A stretch of DNA of 62,549 nt, the filler included, from Rhabdomonas costata (Eukaryota): assembly GCA_019059605.1 (NCBI GenBank). It is 38 parts of 38 records of this genome, joined end to end, with 100 filler letters (N's around TTAATTAATTAA, not from the genome) between each part and the next. Parts side by side here need not be neighbours in the genome. Positions count along the whole stretch, not along the records: positions 61,002 to 62,549 come from JAHMHO010013316.1; 37 more parts are not named here. One strand, written 5' to 3'. Made by a program: the position numbers and the translations under genes. The notes beneath the pieces were generated by a model. The model did no database searches. It was not told the origin of the DNA and saw only the letters and a program-made list of their open reading frames with translations. Shown one piece after another: positions 61,790 to 62,549 of the stretch (within the stretch, counting starts at the first letter, position 1; each line of letters begins with the position of its first letter).

Positions 61790-62549
61790 CTGGAGCCACA
61801 CGCACAGAGAGAGAGAGAGAGACGTGGAGTTCACGAAAGCAGCGCATCATTCACAAGAATGCGGCATTCCCCTCTGTGTTCGTATTCACACGTTTAGATG
61901 GAAAAAACGCCCTGAGACACAAAGGAGCAAGGTGGGGAACAGGCCTACCAGACAGAAAGTGGGTGCCCCAAGAACTTGGTATTGTATTAGAATCTCAGAC
62001 TTCGCAGCGCTGCACCGTGTGTCCAGGATGTGGGCACGAGCGCAAACTCCTACGGATTGGGGGTTGTGGGTACCATTAATTATCTTAGTGACCCTTGCCG
62101 CGTCCGGTGGCATGCTTCAAAAGGTGAGCAATTTGGTCTGCTATACCACCCTCCAGTCACAGCAGGTCTGGAAATTCACAGCCAATATCTATAGTTGGAG
62201 GATAATCTCTCATAATCCCAGCCATCCTCAGGCAGTTTTTTGAATGTCAAGAATCGCTATCAGTCTTCGTGAACGCGTTGTATCCCGTGGCTTTGAGATG
62301 TTGCATTTGGCAACGGTTCGGACGACACCGCTCAAAGGGGACCAATTCGACTTTACGGAGGTCTGCGTTTCAAGAAGAAGGCATTGATGTGAATGATTTG
62401 GCAGGGCTCATCGCAGCAATATTCACCAACTTTGATCTGGCTGAAGCGTTGATCTTAGCTAACTTGCCGAAGCACTCGAATAATCCCGGCATAGAACAGG
62501 AACGGTATGCCCATTCTTCATTCCTCGTCAAGCTTGACATTCCTACAAC

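Overview
This window is not a contiguous locus. It is 38 unrelated short contigs (about 1.55 kb each) joined by 37 identical 100-bp artificial spacers (44 N + TTAATTAATTAA + 44 N), so gene neighbourhood across spacers means nothing and no multi-gene system can be inferred from adjacency. The DNA is from an intron-rich eukaryote. It has short GC-rich exons, GT-AG introns with an unusual GT[G/C/T/A]YG-biased donor, and pyrimidine tract + AG just upstream of several start codons. These features and the gene families suggest a euglenozoan, probably a euglenid (inference). Contig ends carry G/T-only (5') and C/A-only (3') tails typical of degenerate-primer whole-genome amplification, and two contigs begin with probable fold-back chimeras. 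Splicing by hand recovered partial genes for a SAM methyltransferase, a FYVE + F-box protein, a FLASH/CASP8AP2-like coiled coil, a large Ig-like surface protein, a BRSK/SAD-type kinase, PA2G4/EBP1, a U-box protein, a Wee1-like pseudokinase, cathepsin Z, a soluble adenylyl cyclase, a histidine kinase, a degenerate class III cyclase, a receptor-like membrane protein, a bacterial-type MntH with introns and an ankyrin protein. Decayed transposons (Merlin, pogo, hAT, Helitron, CRE-like) and candidate MITEs are also present. I found no rRNA, tRNA, CRISPR or SL RNA. All family assignments come from recognising motifs by eye and need HMM/BLAST confirmation.
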